Virus genome (UHGV): UHGV-1567883 | DNA: 16,300 nucleotides | From: a virus | Strand: one strand, 5' to 3' | Shown: positions 15,065 to 16,300 of the stretch, one piece after another | Layout of the letters: each line of letters begins with the position of its first letter | Position numbering within the stretch: the first letter of the stretch is position 1 | The notes under the pieces: model-generated | Told to the model about the DNA's origin: nothing | Databases searched by the model: none | What the model saw: the letters and a program-made list of their open reading frames with translations, nothing else | Made by a program: the position numbers and the translations under genes

Positions 15065-15964
15065 ATGCGTTTTAACACCCCACTTCGCTATCCTGGCGGT
15101 AAAGGCAAGCTTGCAAATTTCATGCTTCGGATTATTGAAGAAAATAATCTTTCGCCTATACATTATGCCGAACCATATGCTGGGGGTGCTGGTTTAGCAT
15201 TGAAACTGTTACATCTAAATGCAGCTGAAAAAATCATCCTTAATGATATTAATATTTCTGTTTATGCTTTTTGGCACAGTGTATTAAATCATGCAGATCA
15301 ATTATGTTCTTTAATTGAAAGAACAGAAGTTACAATGGATGAATGGTTTAGGCAGAAAGATATAATTAATAATCCTAAAGACCATGATCTTTTAACAATT
15401 GGTTTCTCAACCTTTTTTCTCAATAGAACAAATCGTTCTGGAATATTAAAAGGTGGAGTAATTGGCGGTAAAAATCAAGAAGGGAAATGGAAGCTTGACG
15501 CTCGCTATAATAAGAGTGATTTGATTTCTCGAATCCATAAAATATCAGAAAATCGTCACAGAATAGATTTATATAACATGGATGCAATTGATTTCATTAA
15601 AAAAATAGTTACTCAATTGCCACAAAACTCATTAACATATTTGGATCCACCTTATTACATAAAAGGTAAAGGTTTATATATCAACCATTATGATCATGAT
15701 GATCATGTTAGGGTTGCAAAAGTCGTACAGAATAATATTAAAACACCTTGGATTGTTTCTTACGATAACACTCCTGAGATCCAAGCTATGTATAAGACAT
15801 CATCATTAGTATATGGAATAAACTACAGTGCTCAAGATCGGTACAAAGGATCTGAGGTAATGTTCTTCAGTGAACGATTGAAAATCTTTAAAACAGATGA
15901 TCCAACTAAGGTAAAAGCGCCTGTATTTAAAAGAGGATGTGTTGACGACCACATCCAGACATAA
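15065..15964 (+). CDS. Dam-family (D12 class) DNA N6-adenine methyltransferase
   Basis: 299 aa; aligns by motif to E. coli Dam: PGGK near the N-terminus, SAM motif EPYAGGAG, NRTNRSG region, catalytic DPPY. AT-rich. Confidence 0.85.
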   Translation: MRFNTPLRYPGGKGKLANFMLRIIEENNLSPIHYAEPYAGGAGLALKLLHLNAAEKIILNDINISVYAFWHSVLNHADQLCSLIERTEVTMDEWFRQKDIINNPKDHDLLTIGFSTFFLNRTNRSGILKGGVIGGKNQEGKWKLDARYNKSDLISRIHKISENRHRIDLYNMDAIDFIKKIVTQLPQNSLTYLDPPYYIKGKGLYINHYDHDDHVRVAKVVQNNIKTPWIVSYDNTPEIQAMYKTSSLVYGINYSAQDRYKGSEVMFFSERLKIFKTDDPTKVKAPVFKRGCVDDHIQT

Positions 15965-16036
15965 AAGGAGCCGCAAAAGATCCGCAGAATAAAATGGTTA
16001 GTATTAATCGTTTTATTTCAGCTAATTATAAAAATA

Positions 16037-16075
16037 CGGACTCGGGTTCAACTCCCGCCAGCCAATCATGATTGG
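16037..16075 (+). other. tmRNA (ssrA) 3'-end-like fragment plus 14-bp perfect palindrome: candidate att core
   Basis: CGGACTCGGGTTCAACTCCCGCCAGC (16037-16062) matches my recollection of the E. coli ssrA 3' T-arm/acceptor region except one base and lacks the terminal TCCACCA; followed by CCAATCATGATTGG (16062-16075). Confidence 0.4.
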
Positions 16076-16194
16076 ACGGTGTAAGGACTACACCAACAAA
16101 AACAGGAAGTTATAAGTCTCAGCAGGACACCGACCAGACGGTGAGGAGACAAAAAAGGATACGCAACGGAGTCGCGACTCCCTATGACATTAAA

Positions 16195-16216
16195 GCCCGC
16201 TGATGCGGGCTTTTTT
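16195..16216 (+). terminator. Intrinsic terminator
   Basis: GCCCGC-tgat-GCGGGC followed by a 6-T run. Confidence 0.6.
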
Positions 16217-16300
16217 ATTGGTCCTGACCCGCCCTGAATAGAATTGTAAGCGACTCGTCAGAACCGTATTGATATTTACTGAGAGCTCAGATCAACTTTC

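Larger units (their letters stand above)
1..16075. mobile_element. Lambdoid prophage arm (KplE1/CPS-53-like): late-region boundary, immunity region, early-left operon, xis-int, cargo, att-like end
   Basis: Gene order Q / nin-type genes / O / cII-position gene / cro / cI / early-left genes / xis / int; operator-promoter modules flank cI; tyrosine integrase followed by a tmRNA 3'-end-like fragment. The left boundary is outside the window. Confidence 0.8.

Noticed and set aside
16037-16062. A complete tRNA or tmRNA gene at the right end
   Set aside because: Only the T-arm/acceptor-like 3' portion is present; upstream sequence is AT-rich and not tmRNA-like, and the CCA end is missing. Treated as an att fragment, not an RNA gene.

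Overview
The window reads as one arm of a lambdoid prophage of the E. coli KplE1/CPS-53 (yfd gene) type, running from the late-region boundary through the immunity region to integrase, followed by AT-rich cargo and an att-like site. Minus strand (PR-type operon, right to left): Cro-like, CII-position regulator, O-like replication initiator with internal iteron origin, phage Dam-type methyltransferase, LexA-DNA-binding-domain-only protein, RusA, KilA-N protein, DUF968/HNH-motif protein, antiterminator Q; then a convergent AT-rich lipoprotein moron, a small hypothetical gene and a DPPY methyltransferase. Plus strand: cI-like S24 repressor flanked by mirrored operator/promoter modules, then a PL-type operon (long structured leader with no N gene, YfdP/Q/R/S-like genes, xis, tyrosine integrase). 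Between int and a tmRNA (ssrA) 3'-end-like fragment lies a visibly AT-rich two-gene island: an OLD-family-like ABC-ATPase/TOPRIM protein and a Dam-family (D12) adenine methyltransferase, separated by a strong terminator. This island is my best candidate for an undescribed defence or restriction-like module. All family assignments come from reading motifs and from recollection; no database search or computation was run, and no GC values were calculated.
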